Assembly: GCA_000320545.1 (NCBI GenBank)
Contig: ADNK01000489.1
Coordinates: forward strand, 184,999 to 248,998
Source of the DNA: Bigelowiella natans CCMP2755
Lineage: Eukaryota > Protista > Cercozoa
DNA length: 64,000 nucleotides
Direction of reading: 5' to 3'
Shown here: in pieces, positions 37,098 through 52,189 of the stretch
How positions within the stretch are numbered: the first letter of the stretch is position 1
How the letters are laid out: each line of letters begins with the position of its first letter
Program-made: the position numbers and the translations under genes
Notes under the pieces: model-generated
Told to the model about the DNA's origin: nothing
Databases searched by the model: none
Seen by the model: the letters and a program-made list of their open reading frames with translations, nothing else

Positions 37098-39003
37098 AGG
37101 AGAGAGAGGGAGATAGAGAAAGCATGCGAGTGAAGAAACACACCTTGATGTTGAACTTAGTGCTTGAAGTGGTTGTGTGAGTGAAGATCCTGAACGGGAA
37201 AATAACACAACTTTCAGCAAATGACCGGCTACTATATGGCGATAAACATTTCTCTTCGACGACTTCTATACCCTCCTCGCGTAGATCCTTTGGTGCTCGC
37301 CGCCCTGTAATAAATCAGATTCAGATTGGGCCAAAGAAGAAGAAGAGTCACATCGCGAAATGCTTGGCTCACAAAGCCTTTTTTGTTCCCGAGATACTAC
37401 CTTTTGCTGCTACTCTTCTTTACAGTCACAGACATTGCACTATTGTTATAGAAATTAATAAGGCGGGGAACATAAGCGTCTGGATCCGACGCAACCAAAA
37501 GAATTGGTGGTGGCTCATGGGTTGGAAAGGCATCTATATGGATTCTGACTCACAGTGGATGATTTGAGCTGCTGTTACGCTTGGACTGCCCACGCTTATG
37601 TCGAGAATTCTTTGAAATTAGCTTCTTGGGCTTCGAATCCGTCCAGCCGCCGTGAAGCACAAGTCTGTTCCCAATTGATATCATCGCCATTGTCATCGTA
37701 CGTCGTGGTCGTAGCGACCAATAGAGAAGGAAAAAAATGCGCATTTCGGAATTAGTTATCCTTTTATTCACATAGGAACACCAATCAACCTTTGCTCCTC
37801 TGGTAAAGTGCCCGTTAATCTCTTCTGCTCGTATTCAGCTTCACGTCTTTGAAGAGATACAATGATAACAACAATAAAGAGGAGATTAGGTTGGAATCAA
37901 TACTCGCACTTGGTACAAACAGACATTTGCTACTTGAAATTCCTAGATACTTACATTAGCATGTTCTCGTGGGCCTTGGAGTGCTTGCCGCATCGCTAAG
38001 AAAAGACGAGAAAGAATAAAACCAGACATACCCAACTCCGAAATACTCTTTTAAGTTTCAAATATGTGTGCATCATCATCATCAGCAGCAGCAACAACAA
38101 CATCATCTATATCATATCTAGTATCGAATCCCGAGACAATGCACACACCTGTAGGATTCGTACAATCTTCAAGAGTTGGGCGTCTGCTTCCTTCTCACTC
38201 TTTGATATTGCGGCTTGACTCGAACCTGGCAATTGCATAGCATGTATATAGTTAGCTTACACTTCTTGCCCCCGCACTTGCTACTCCCTATTCACTTCTT
38301 CGCCATAAGAAAGAAAATATGCTATCTTCAACATATGCCTAGTGCGGTCTTCAATGTAAAGCAGCGGCTACGCAATGACCTTCTGGTAATTCAGGCTTCA
38401 ATTTATTAAATCGCAAGTCGACTGTGAGCTTCCGAGGCCCTATGAATACAAGGGAATTTGAATACACTATCAAAACTATCAAAACGTCGGCGAAATCGAT
38501 CGCACTTGCTCCCTGCAATGTAAACCGACGTCAAGATAGCTTTTGCACATGCAGCTGACGAACACAGCATCACTATTACCTCTAATGTACACTTGAATGA
38601 CTGGTATCAAGAGCCCCTTTTCTGTCTCAAAACTAGACCTCAGCACGTGGCCCTGGTCAAAATAAAGTGCACATCTCAGCGAGACAGGGAGGAAAACAAG
38701 ATGCAGCACAAAAATTGATCTCTGTCATTCCTCCTCTAAGGATTCTTATATTCCGTGGTCCTCATCTTTTCTCTTCTGCTCTTTTTGGTTAGTTTAACTC
38801 TACATGTTCGTTTTACTAGCAGTGGTGGTGGTAGTTGTAGTTGTAGTTGTGGTAGTAGCAGTAGTAGTAGTAGTCGTACCGATGAATCAGCAAACTCGGA
38901 CAACATAATCGCAAAGGTCTCTATCCCCTGGGTAATTATAATAACAGTGGGAAAGTCATATCAGACTATGGATCCATCTGCTCGCCGCTCAGAGTATACG
39001 GAT

Positions 39004-39092
<89 letters not shown>

Positions 39093-39421
39093 AGAAACCT
39101 TAAGAGTAATGTGGTTGTACTGAACGTCCAAATACGTAACATTGCTCTTGTTAGACAGGCACGAAACCCCGAGAGCTACAAAACCTTTATCACCTGTTCA
39201 TTTGTGGTGGATTTATTTATGCGAGCTGTTTTATGATTCACCAGTTCTCATGTTGTTGAAGTGGTGATATTGTTGAAAGCTATCGTCGCTAGCAACTACC
39301 AATTCGATTGCCCCTAACAGTGACCTCCGTAACCGCTTGGTTGTCGTGCAATGCGTTCGCAATGAGAACCGCCTAGTAGTCACACACACACACATAACCG
39401 GTATATAAATCTTTACGGGCA

Positions 39422-39462
<41 letters not shown>

Positions 39463-41986
39463 TGCAGTATTTTACGATAAGCGTGAGTGGATATAGCTGC
39501 TGTAGGGACCTCAGCGTCTTCGATTCCATTCTCGGAGAGCTGGAGATTCGCAATACCTGATTAATGCATGCAATGCAACCTTGACAGTTTGTTTGGGCGA
39601 CAGCAGAGGACGTTTGGTCAACGAGCTCTCTCCAAACGACAGCCAGAGCGGAAGTGTGGACACCACCCCTCTGATTTTCGCTTGCGAGAGAAGATTGATA
39701 CGCGGTAAAAGCATGGCGATAAGATAACGGGTCATGTCCCATGGCCAGTAACAATCTTTGTTTGAGGCTTCAAATGAATATTGCAAACGGATGATTAGGG
39801 AGTGTACCGGGTAAATCCTTCGCCATCACAGAAGGCGGAATGGACGTCGATGACGAGTCACCTCTGCCGCCGACCTCGTCCTCTCCTTGCGTCAGGAAAG
39901 CACCAGCTGCATCTTCCTCGCCATCCTTCTTGCTCTGCTCCGCCTTCACAGCTTCCTCTCCACCCCTTGCCTTGATATCGGCCTCCCTGTCTACGAGCCG
40001 TGCAGTCATATGCGAAATTCCTGGAGGGAAGAGACGGTGACACGGTGTGCGGGGTTAGCAATAGCGCACAAAGGAAGTGGAGGCAGATAGAGAAAATAGC
40101 GTCACTACTTCTTTTACTATTACTACTACTCTGCTATTTTTGATCGTCCCCCCCCCCTCCCCCAGGCACATATCTGGTTCGGCTCTAGTTGGTTTTCAAC
40201 TACTATCTATCGACGCAATGCCTCCATTATTGATGATACCTGCAAGTACATTCGCGAATCTCATGACAGTCTTCGTCTTGCTCTCTTCTGTGGAATTGAG
40301 CTTTTCTAGTAGCGTCTTGTTCTTCGACGTGACCTGACAAGGAAAAACAGGATTCAGCTTAGTGCTGCTGCACTCCGTGCTTCCCTCGCTCAATATTTCA
40401 CTGTGGATGGCGCGTGTGAGATGTAGTAGTTTTAGTGGTGTCCTAGTACAATTTCTAATTTCTTGTTCACTCCACCAAACTCCTCTTGCATTGCCTTAGC
40501 CTGGGGGGGGGGGGGGGGGGATTGGTTACATAAAAAGGAAGAGGACCGTTATTGTAGGCAATGAGAAACAGTGGCAGAACTGCGCGGTATGCGAGCGCAT
40601 ACATGTTCGACCGAAAATAACGTGGGAAACCGAGCAAGAAAGCCGTCACAGCACAGAGGATACATTACCCTTTTCTCCTTGGAGTTGACTCTTCTATAGA
40701 CCTTGCGAAGACCTTGCACTAGCTCCTTTGGATCGGAAATCCATTTCACCACCGTCGCTTCATCGACCTGTAATTTTGTAGGCGACAATGGGTTGGCGAG
40801 GGAGGGAAGTACAAGGAACAAATACGACACGAAGACCACACACACACACACACACACACACGCGCGCGCGCGCAATGTACCCATATATATATATATTTAC
40901 ACATATACACAGAAATAGAGAGAGGAGGGGGGAAGGGGGGGGGAGGGGGAGAATGCATCTTTGCGCTAACGCGTACCTGCAATGCCTTCATCATGCTCTT
41001 AAGCTCCTTGCCATTTCCTAAGATAATAGTTTCGCAGCAGAATGCATCAATGTTTAATGGAATACACATGAACGTAAAGAATAACAACCACATGCATCCA
41101 CACACACACGCAAAAGTAGAACGATGGAAAATTATAGAAGAAGAAGCACAGATTCGAAACACCTTCTTTCTGTAGGCTCCTGAAAAGCGTACGCACACGC
41201 ACCGTCGTCGACCGTGTTGACCTAGCGTATCGTGGATATTAGGAATATGCAACAATTGCAGTTCCCTCCTTCCTTTCTCCCATTTGAGTCTCCCCCTTTC
41301 ATCTCGTATACTATCTTCTTCTTCTCCTTCTTCTTCTTGTTAGTTGACGGAGGTGTGGTTTGTTATCACCCTGAGGTCGATCGTCGCTTGGCAGAGCGTG
41401 AGCTAGACTTCACACGCTTCGACGCTAAGGATAGACCGCGGCCTGAGTCGTCATTGATTAGTGAAGTGAATGAACATTATATGCATCGCCATTGAACAAA
41501 TCCCCCTTTAATAGTACCACGTACTTCTTCAATTTGAAAGCTACAATTGCATAGTCATGAGTTGCACTATTCATAAAATGTCTTTCAAATCAGTTGACGG
41601 CCTCTTTTTGATTCTCCCTGCTTGCACACCTCTAGGCTGGCGTCCACGACGATTGTCTGCGCTCTGTGTCCTACCTCCTTTTTTCTCAGATCTCTTCGTC
41701 GTCTGCAAAAAAATACGGTGTGTAGTATTCAGAGAGGTTAGTAACAACCCACTGCCAGAGTAAACCGACACGGGGAGGGGGGAGGGGGGAGGGGGGAGGA
41801 GGGGGGGTGATGCTGATGACAACCACCTTTGCAACAATGGACACTGCATCCGACGTATTGCGGAATTTCTTTATCTCCGTCCTCTGCATCAAGTCGTGAT
41901 TCTTGCCATACACTTCTACCTTGTCCCCTGTAATAATGTGATGATAATGGTGAAATCATATTCATCATAAAAGTTCGGGAGGATGC

Positions 41987-42023
<37 letters not shown>

Positions 42024-42239
42024 GTGCTACTCTGAACAGAAATAATTAGATACAAAAGACCCATGCACGTTGCTCGCACCTTTTATTTTCTCTGTGACTT
42101 CTTCCAGTTCCCGCATCGCGGAAAGCATATGAGGGGGTAGGTCCTAGGGAAGAAGTAGGAAAAAGTTGGTGAAGAAAGAAAGCATGAATGAGCAGAGGCG
42201 GAGGAGTAGGCGGAACAGGGAAGGGAGCACAATCGCACT

Positions 42240-42275
<36 letters not shown>

Positions 42276-42452
42276 CGTTCTTCTTTCTCTTAACACAGCT
42301 GGAAAGTGTGCTTAAGATGAGAAGGAAACAGTGGATGCATCTCGCCTGCCTACCTCTGCGTTTACAGACTCTACCAGCTTCTTGAGTTTCAGGATGTGCT
42401 TGTCCTATGAGTGTTGTGTGTGTTTGTGTGTGTGCGTGTTTGTGTGTGTATG

Positions 42453-42496
<44 letters not shown>

Positions 42497-43192
42497 GGTA
42501 CATTACAACCTGTGCATGGTAGGATTCTATTAAGTTATCTCTCTGTTCGACGTCGGCCTCAAGCTTCCGCTGGTCCGCCGCAACAGCCTTGAGCCGGTTG
42601 TCAATCTGAAACACCAATGGGAGCAATAGCAACGTGATGATAGCGATGGTGATTGATGATGATGATGATGATGATTGATTGATTATGATGATTGATCATG
42701 ATGATAGTGTGACGAGACGACAAATAGCAGGCTGCCGGGTAAGCATCATACCTGATGTCTGTTCATCTCATGGTTCATGAGAGTCGTCTGCAGCTTCTGG
42801 ATGCTCGCCAGTTGTGCTAAAATGGTGTTAGTTAGTGGTGGGTGTCGGTCGTCATCAAGGTGAGTCGAAGCTGTAGAGCTACTATCACCGTTTTGCTGCT
42901 GCTGTGCATGCATGTGGTAACGCCACCACTACTTCCTAACTTCTACCAGCACTTCCCTGCCTATTACCTGCATTCTTGTGCTGTTCCACTCGCAGCTTGT
43001 TCAGTGTCGAATCATGCAAGCCCCGCAACTTATGCAGTTGCTTATCCTACGAGAAGAATGAAGGGGCGGGAGCACAAGCGCATTATTATTCCACACCCAA
43101 AGAAATGTTGCTAGAACAGATAAGTATCTGCTCTCGTGATAAGCACAGATATGCATAAGACACAAAACGCATGCATAGATTTGCAGAGAGGA

Positions 43193-43226
<34 letters not shown>

Positions 43227-45170
43227 TAACACCCACCTTCCCTGTGACTTGAGAGGAGAGCTTGGTTCGTATCTTCTCGGATGACATGAACTTGGCCTTG
43301 TGCTCCATCGCCAGATCCCTGTGCAAGATGATGAGAGGTTAAGTGAAGATCGGAGTTGGAGAAAGACTAAGGATTCTCCGTTGGAAATTAGAAGTACTTA
43401 TATTTATCCATTCGAGCGTTGGCGGACTTTAAAGATGCGTGGAGCTGCTTATTTGCCTGTAAAAGGGCGAGAGGAGGGATAGGAGTAATTCAACAACTGC
43501 ACTATATCGGGCGATGAGTATTAAGTCCGTAGAAGGACGCAAACTACCCACCTTGGCAGTATTCCTTAGGTTTTCGCCAAGAGCTTCCGCTTTAACCTTC
43601 AGAAGCTCGATCTTGTGTTCCGAGTTCTTTTGTTTGGTTATCGCCTAGTAGTGCACGGGAAGGAAGAATAATTGCGCGCAGAGAGTCAATCTTCAAAGAA
43701 GATGAAGGTCGAACACATGATGTACTTGCTCATGCTGTCTGCGTAAAAGAACTTCATTGTCACCTGCTTTTTCCAGTCATCTAGCTTCTGCAGCTGATTC
43801 AAGAGCTGGAACACCTTTTCTGCCATAATTCGTAACTGTTCAGCAGACTTCTTGAGCTCTTTCTCACCTGTCGAGGGTTACAGAATCTATGTGAGCCTGC
43901 TGCACAACGTCAAGAGGCTATTCGGTCATTTCTCTTTAAAGACATTTTTTTGAAAGTTGACCATACCACCAATACTACACTTCTAGATACCTTCCGCTAG
44001 TTGCTTCTTGAGCACTTCCCTGTCTGAATGGAGTCCTTTTATCTCGTCATCCATCTTCCCCATCTGGTCTTGCGCACGCTGATACTCAACCTAATTGGCG
44101 TGGGGTGTAACAGCACATCTCCATCAGGTTGATCTACATGATTGAACGGCAATCATCATCGGCTTTTCGTCCTCATTGACAAATATTTGTCCCGCACACA
44201 GATATCCTACTCGTAAGTGTGTTAGATAAAGACCATGATGTTGCGTAATTCAGACTCCTGTTCCTGTAGGAGCCCCTTCAGCTGCTCATTCTCTTTGTTT
44301 ACCACCATAAGGTCTGCTGCCATACCTTGGGCAATTGTTGCTCCATCAGACACCTATGTAGTCGTGCACGTGGTGAGGAAGAACTCGACATGGCAGATAA
44401 CGCCTTGTGGTCAGTATTATTTTGCCGTGTCGTAGTCGAAAATCAGAGAAACAAATCAAAAGAATAAAGGTCGGTGAGGAGAATGACAATATGTAACCTG
44501 CTCTTTTTCGCGTTGAAGGCGTTTTAGAGTGTGGAGATGTTTCTCCTTCCATTGCTGCTTCTCACGATCTAACGACAAATGGAGTAGGCAAATATCAGAA
44601 GAAAAGCATCATGCTGATTCACCAATGCTTTCCCCCCTTTCTCCCTCACATCGTGTGTGTGTGTGTGTGTGTGTGTGCGTGTCCATGTGAGATTTTTGTT
44701 GCTTTCACAAAAATTTCTTAAAAAAACAATCTCCCTTGGAACATGATTCGATGTTTTACTATCATCACCACCACCACCACCATCAACATTACCAAAAGCC
44801 TCCATCTCTGTCTTCAACTTAACTCCCAACTCATCGTACCTGTACGACGAAGGTGTGTTTGCATTTGTGTATGTGCGTGAAACGCATTAGCACCCCCACC
44901 ACATTATTTATATCACATCAATCATGCTAACATTTATATCCTTACCGTGCCTCGATTATCTGTTTTTCCTCCGCCATTCTTTTCAACTCCTGAGAGCATA
45001 GACACGATGATGACAGGGGTAGAAAAAGTGAATGCACAAACAGGTGCTAATTCTTTTCTGTAACATCGTTCTTCACAACAGGTCACCACCTTTTGCATTT
45101 TGTGCAGTTCCCGCGCCAACTCGTTCCTTATGTTCTTCTCCTCCGACTGTGTACGTGTACGTGTACGTGT

Positions 45171-45215
<45 letters not shown>

Positions 45216-46478
45216 TGTGTGTGTATGTGTGTATGTGTGCGAGTTTGGAACACATAGGAGGAGAATGTTGAAAGAACCAGAAATTTGTTGTTTTTCGATT
45301 ATCTGGCTGGTAAAAAACGATCTGAAACAGCTTCTAATACCCAACACAACCTGTCGCTCTGTCATTTTGAGGTTCTGCATCTTCAGCAGTTTCACCTCAT
45401 TCATTGCATGGGTCGAGTCATCTTTAAGTTTCCTATGATGAAAAAGAAGAGATTCATTCGTAAGGAATGCTTTTTTTCGATAGAGTAGTTTGTTAGGAAT
45501 GCATTTTACATGAACGCTGAGCGCTCTGCAGATAAGGAGGCTTCGAGATCCGTCCTGGTCTCGTTTAGTTCCTGTTTTTAGCAGTAGTAATATTGATTGT
45601 ATCGATGAATGAAAAAGACTAGTCACGAGACAAGTATACCTTTATTTTTTCCTGGTATTCCCTCAAATCGGTTGTGCCCTCTTTGAGCTTCGATTCGAAT
45701 TGCTTCAACTAAGAAGGGAGGCGTAGAAGGATACATTATATTTCATCAAAGAGTGGATGGATCAAAAAGCACAATGATGAGAATAGAACCCTGGTCAGCA
45801 GCTCTGCCTTCTCAGTTCGGAGGCTTTTAATTTGAAGACTCCGTTGTTTGGCACTCTCCTGCAAAAAAACAAAAAATTAGCGCGTGCCTCTGCTTGTGTT
45901 TGAGAGATAAACAAAATGATTCAGGATTTTCCGCACCTGTACACGGGTCATCGCTTGCTGGACTGAACTGAAGGCTTCATGAGGCACCATCTGTATAAAA
46001 AGACGGATGAAGAATAATAAGAGACTCGTGTTTCGGTCGCAATGAGCAAGCGACATGCCGAAGACACATTTGCACTAAGATAAGTTCAGCCGAATATTTC
46101 TGTTTATTCACTGGCTATCGTGCTGATGAATAGCAAGAAATCGAACGGACCGTGTCAACAATAGCCATGCCAGCCTCTGGTACTGCGCCGCCACCCTCCT
46201 GGCCTCCTGCTAGTATTTTAAAATTTGGAATCATATGCTACACAGCTAACCTACTACATTTTCACATCAGCAAACACCCGCCCTCCCTTGATTTAAAATT
46301 TGTTCCACTTGGGAGATGGGTGTATTGAGATCGAACGTGCGTTTCTAGATGCTTCTTTGCTTCGTTCTCTCAGCTCGAATGCAATTACACCACCCTCGTC
46401 AGGTAATTGCAGACAAGATTTTGCCCCACTCCCTTATCGATACCCTCCCAACTAACTACTTTCTTTTGCGGTACTCAT
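36529..46478 (-). CDS. Large multi-exon protein: long N-terminal coiled coil plus C-terminal RNI-like leucine-rich repeats
   Basis: Heptad-rich exons (ESAKQRSLQIKSLRTEK; LKQFESKLKEG; IDNRLKAVAADQRKLEADVEQRDNLIES; KTLLEKLNSTEESK). LRR exons AVLIANALHDNQAVTEVTVRGNRIG|DKGFVALGVSCLSNKSNVTYLDVQYNHITLK|GIETFA and KLTVDLRFNKL. Putative start MSTAKE at 46478; last exon ...YRR* at 36529. Confidence 0.7.
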
Positions 46479-47257
46479 AGAGTTTAGGATTACGGATACG
46501 AAGAAAGCGATACAAAAACAAATGTGATCAAACGACTGTGCATTGAATGAACTTGATTCCAATATCTTGCTACTCTATCCACCCCATGTATGGATGTTCC
46601 CTCCCCCACATATTATGTTTTAAAAATTGATGCCGAATAGGTCTATGAGGTCCTCATGGCTGTCAGGAATACCAGGGGAAGGGGAGGCAGCGGGGGAGGC
46701 CATCTTAATTCAGCTGTCGAACTCCCTTGATGAAACCGATTCGACCTCAATTCTGGGAGATTTTTCATTCCCTAAATGAGTAGATATCGCTCTAATTTTA
46801 TACAGCGACAAATAAATTATTGACAAAATGAAGTTATTCTCAAGGAGTGTGCTCTCTCGCGAAGCTTCTTTTAGTCTTACTGTCCATACGACAACGGCTG
46901 TAGCGGTCACAAACCGAGAAGGGAAACGTCAAACTCTGAGAGATCTCCGGGATACAAGTGCTTCTCAGTCGAAAGAAGTCCAAATTAAAAAGTCGGCCGG
47001 AATGGGCGGCGGCCGGGGTGCCCCTAGTTCGATTTGATAGAAGTTTGAGAGAGTCGTTTCAAGTGGGGGTTGGGCACTTAGAGGCTAGTTTTGAGCCTAG
47101 GCACTTTCTTTCGTAATTTACACTCCCTCCTTTACTGTTCGAAACGACCAATCACTGGATGTACTTTTGCGGGAGTGACCCGGTCTCCCGATACGCTGCT
47201 TTCAGGGATTTTGATTTGATTTTGCCCGAAGGAGGAGAGTGATAGAGCGATCGATCC

Positions 47258-48580
47258 ATGTCTGTCATTGTAGAATGTCTACATTTACGAACATTTTTTA
47301 GACCGAGCGGTTGGAAGATTATGAAAATTACTTCTACTCCCATGTCGTTCTCTAGATCATCACCTTCTCTGTCATCAGACACGCTAAATATGGATTCCAA
47401 AGGAAGGCACTCGAAAAGTAAAAGTTCCACCGCGTATCTCATAGAAACATCAAACTCCAGCATCACCTAAACGCTCAGTTCCGAATTGATCTAAAGCACA
47501 CAGCCCACATCTACCTTTTTCATCATAGGTGCCTCTTTTTCGAATAATCGGAAGATCTGTGTTCCAAAGGATGTTCCAGCGCCTTTCCGCGTTAGCATTT
47601 TTGGTATTCACAATGTCGATACAAACACGCCCCCGGAATATGTAGTGCATTCGTATTGACATGCTTCGGTTTTGTTCTTTGATACATGCACAGATCTTGT
47701 GTCAGGAGCCGTCAATGAGGATATCGATCCCCTTGAGTGCGAGGTACTATGGAAGGTGGGGGGTGTGAGGGAGGCCGAATATGTTTTCTACATAACTCAA
47801 TATCACATTTTACGGAACGTGAGCCTTAAGCATTGAGTGTTCCTATCCAGACTGAGATGGAGATAACAAGCACCGTGATGCTAGCCCTGGTGAGACAGAC
47901 ATATTTTGTATAACTAAATGATTTTACTGAAACACAAGTAATTTTACTCTGCGACATACCTAATTTTCACAAATCCTGTATTCACTGATTTTCTCCTCTG
48001 CTGAACCCTTTCGCGCCAACTACCTCATCCATCCATCCACCCCCCCATCCATCTTTTGTAGGGTCTACCAGGGCACGAACACCTTAGGTCTGTCATTTTG
48101 ACTCCTCCATTATCCATTAGAAAGAGACTTCATTAATAAATACAATCACCATCATAGACTGGCAGTACCTCGTAATTCATTAGAACCTGTCTCGTAGTCT
48201 TTCAGTGGAATAACAATCTTTCTTTCTGATTTTACCATGATAATAATCCACACCCTCTTCTCTTCTCCCTCCATTGATCTGATCATCATCAATTAGATCG
48301 TCGCCTAGACTTCAGCTGTTCGAGTATATCGTGCAGGTAGTTGTAGTACGATTACGGACAGCACTATTGCACCGCCATCACCATAATTATCATCGTCATC
48401 ATCGTCATCATCATTATGCAGACCTATCAATGTGTCCTCATTTAAGTGTTAATTCTCGCTGTTTCCTCCTTGGTATTACCAATTCAGCCTGGAGTAGTTC
48501 TAGCAGTCTTGATGTATCTACTGCTCACGCGCTTCCTGTATGGAATGGTCAGTGACACACTCCACTAGCATAAGCCGCGC

Positions 48581-48611
<31 letters not shown>

Positions 48612-48776
48612 GCAAATCATATAATACTCTCGAGATTCGCTTGAGACGATGCGAATGAGCGACGTTCTCTCAGTTGCGATCTTCCCAGTAGCAGCAGCAG
48701 CTAAAAGATCAACACCTTTTGATGAATATGCTGCTGACGACACCCAACATATAGGCGGAGCAGATGCACATTAGTA

Positions 48777-48816
<40 letters not shown>

Positions 48817-49857
48817 CGTGTGCGTGTGTGTGTGTGTGTGTGCGTGAATTGATATGAACTCTTGTTGTAAGTAACCATATCATCGTCCTTCCTTAGGTGC
48901 CAGCGTGGCGGTGTCTATGGAGGTGGATGTTATGGGGAGGGTGCGTAATCTATATTAATGCTGCTTTATGTGGGACCGAGTTGGACGCATACGAACGCAT
49001 CGCCATTTCCACCACCACTATAGGCACCGCCACAGCAGCAGCAGCAGCAGCAGCAGCAGTGATATAGCATTATTATGAGTAATAGTAGTGGTAGTAGTAG
49101 TGGAAGTATGACCTTGATCGCCATCATCATCATCATCATCAGGATATACAGTCAGCTAGGCCCGATGTACCATTTGCTGTCTCGTTGTAAGCGTACGGAA
49201 TACGGCGCGCCGCAGCAGATGGACCTGATATTCTTCGGGTGATTCGTTCACTCACATCGAATGCTCTTTCGTTGAATTCTTGCACATAATACCCTATCTC
49301 TCTATCTATCTATCTACCACGTAACAAATTCCTCATCATCCTGTTGGTGACGTCCTCCTCCTCCTCCTCTCAAGAACGAACCCTCTTCCTCTGATTGGCT
49401 AACTTTAATAAGTTGTTATGCCTCTCGTTATTCTGTCCATATCCCTCTTTTCTTCTCTATTGCACCACTATGCCTCTCGATATTCTGTTCTGTCAATATC
49501 CCTCTTCTCTATTGCACCAGCGTTACTCTCTGTTGTCCTTACCTCCCCCACCCCTCACACCAGATATTTGGTCCATAACTCGCCACCAAGTCACCATTGC
49601 GTCCGTGTTTGCGGTGCTAGCATTGAAGAAGCGAATGGGGTCATTTCTATTCTTCCCTCCGTCCTACCCCTCCCATACTCCTCGTTAGATATCGCGAGTG
49701 CTACGTTGCAGACTCAATTTTGCGATTTCATTATCATTATAACCACCATCATCACCATTCCGCCCTTTTTGCAGGTGTATGTTAGAGAGGGGGCGCGGGA
49801 CGGCGCGCCACAATATATTCGCCGCATTAAAGGTGACGTAATAATGCGATGACAATG

Positions 49858-49905
<48 letters not shown>

Positions 49906-50852
49906 ATAGTGATTGGCAGACTACAATGTCGACTTCGATGTTACGACCGTTTTGCATGGTTTTAAGCGGTGATGATGATGATGATGATGATGATGATCTT
50001 CCTAGGAAAACAGTATTGTATCTGTCGTCGGACACGGCGACGGCCGGAGAAGCAAGGTGCTGGTAGTGATGGTGGTGGTGGTGGTGGTGGCGGTGATCGA
50101 CTAGTCTGAGGAGGAGGAGGAGGAGGAGAGGGGGGGGGGGGGGGGGGAGAGGAGGGTTGATTACAGTCGGGATAGTAATGGTTACAATGGTGATGGTCGT
50201 ACCTGTATTCGCTGATGTGATATACGATTTTTCTGACCCCACACTTTCTTCTCTCATCATCGTAATTGTTAACTACTCGCTACTACCAGGTCTTCAAGGT
50301 CATCAGCGCAGCGGTGGTAGCAATGCAAATAGCAGCCGGGCGTCTGGTTTCATGGAGTCAAAGTGGTGGATTACGCAAGTAGATGCAGCAGGCATTAAGG
50401 CCGAGAAACGCTACTACGCGGCAATCGCAGAGAACACTGGCTACTGTCCACCAGAAACAGGTCAAATCTAATGTTCCTTCCCCTTATCTCCTACTTCTCT
50501 ATCTCTCCCTCACCCTCCCCCCCCGTCTCTCTTTAAGGGCGACTATAACCATCAGTCGTCGTCGTCGAAGTTGTTGCTGTCGTTGTCGTTGTTGTTACTG
50601 ATTTTTGCATGGTCATTCTGCTCGCTAATAGCACGCAGTACATCGGCGTCACCATCATATCAACTCTCTTCGTCTGATTCTTGTTTACAAGTTGCTGCTG
50701 CTGCTGCTGCTGCTGCTGGCTTATGATGATGGTGGTTATATCGTGACTTGCAGGGTGGACATCATCGCGGGGGCAGAACTCGCAGGTACCCAGAGTGAAG
50801 AGCCACACGCAAGGACCGGTAGTGTGCATCAGACAGCAGCGTTGTTACTACA

Positions 50853-50896
<44 letters not shown>

Positions 50897-51828
50897 GACA
50901 TGGAGATAGACCACCAACTAACGAAATTCCAACAACCACCCGAACAACAGCAACAAGAAAATAGAAGAAAATGAAGAAGTGACCCAACTTGTTCACGCAA
51001 ATATATTGTTTGCGTCCGGTGTCGTCGTTGTTCTTGCGGTCGGTGTCTATTATGATGCGGTTGAGCAGGTGCAACGGATAGCCATGGGCATAATCGCGAG
51101 TACGTGCTTATCACCAGAGACTTTTTTACATGGGGGGGGGAAGGCGGAGGCGGAAACATAAACATAACATTGACACAGCACACAATACACAAATACGAGA
51201 AGGTTCTCTTGCATCAAAATCTTGCATTCTGTGCATTGTGTCCTCCCTTTTGCTCAGTTATGATTTTATTGTTTCTGCTGTTACTACCACAGCGGCTCTA
51301 GATCTGTTCTCCGTTGGGAGTATTGTATATGGTAATGGTGTTTGGCGATAATACACTAATATGCTTCCTTCCAAGAATTTCAGGGTACTAATCTATTCTC
51401 TTGCTACAGGCCTCTCGATAGCCGTAGTAGTCGCTTTTGTGGACACGCTAACGCCGACCAAAGCCCTTGTATGTGTCCTCGTCGTTTTGATCGTTCGCAT
51501 CAACAAAAGAAGAATCGCTGGGAGGAATTGCGATTGTTTTGTAATAGTAGTATATGGCATAGACAGTACAACCTCTACAAAACTTGCATGATGAGGATGG
51601 TGATTGTGGTTATGATGATGATTATGATGCAGGCTGGGTCTATCACTGGCTGGATGGCTTGTCTATATCTCTTAGGCAGAGGTAGTAGCAAAATATTGGA
51701 AGGACGATCATCGTGATACCAGACAACACAAATTTCATTCATTTCTTAATATTCGTTTTGTGGTGCTCAGGTTGGATACGATCGCGGAGATACTGGCAGT
51801 ATTTGGAGTTGCTTTGGCAGCGTAAAAG

Positions 51829-51869
<41 letters not shown>

Positions 51870-52035
51870 TTTGCAGCGCCGACACTCTACAACATTGCGT
51901 GCAGTATGTCATCGATTACAATGTGCACGATGTGTTGACCTCAATTGATTGTTATCTGTTTTTTATCTGTGCCTTCACAGATGTATGCATGGCCCGAGGC
52001 GGTGGGAATGCAAGATTTGCGAAGATCGTAACTAA
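47258..52035 (+). CDS. Putative multi-pass membrane protein with a C-terminal CxHG...CxxC zinc-binding-like motif
   Basis: + strand exons include hydrophobic helices PGVVLAVLMYLLLTRFLYGM, NILFASGVVVVLAVGVYY, LFSVGSIVYG|LSIAVVVAFV, AGSITGWMACLYLLG. Final exon CMHGPRRWECKICEDRN*. Several joins are ambiguous. Confidence 0.5.
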
Positions 52036-52189
52036 TAAGCTCTAACTCAATCGCTCCTCACATGTCGACGTTCTAAAGTCGGTTTCCTGGCTTTTGTTAG
52101 GTAAAGTTCGAAAGTGTGGAAAACAGATTCTCTGGTAATTAATGGAGAGGCTGCTCTATTCTGGGTTTATTATAAGCTAGGAAGGGCCG

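Noticed and set aside
49417-49520. Two ~50-bp tandem copies (tatgcctctcg..attctg..atatccctct..tctctattgcacca)
   Set aside because: Local intronic duplication with no other copy or structure seen.
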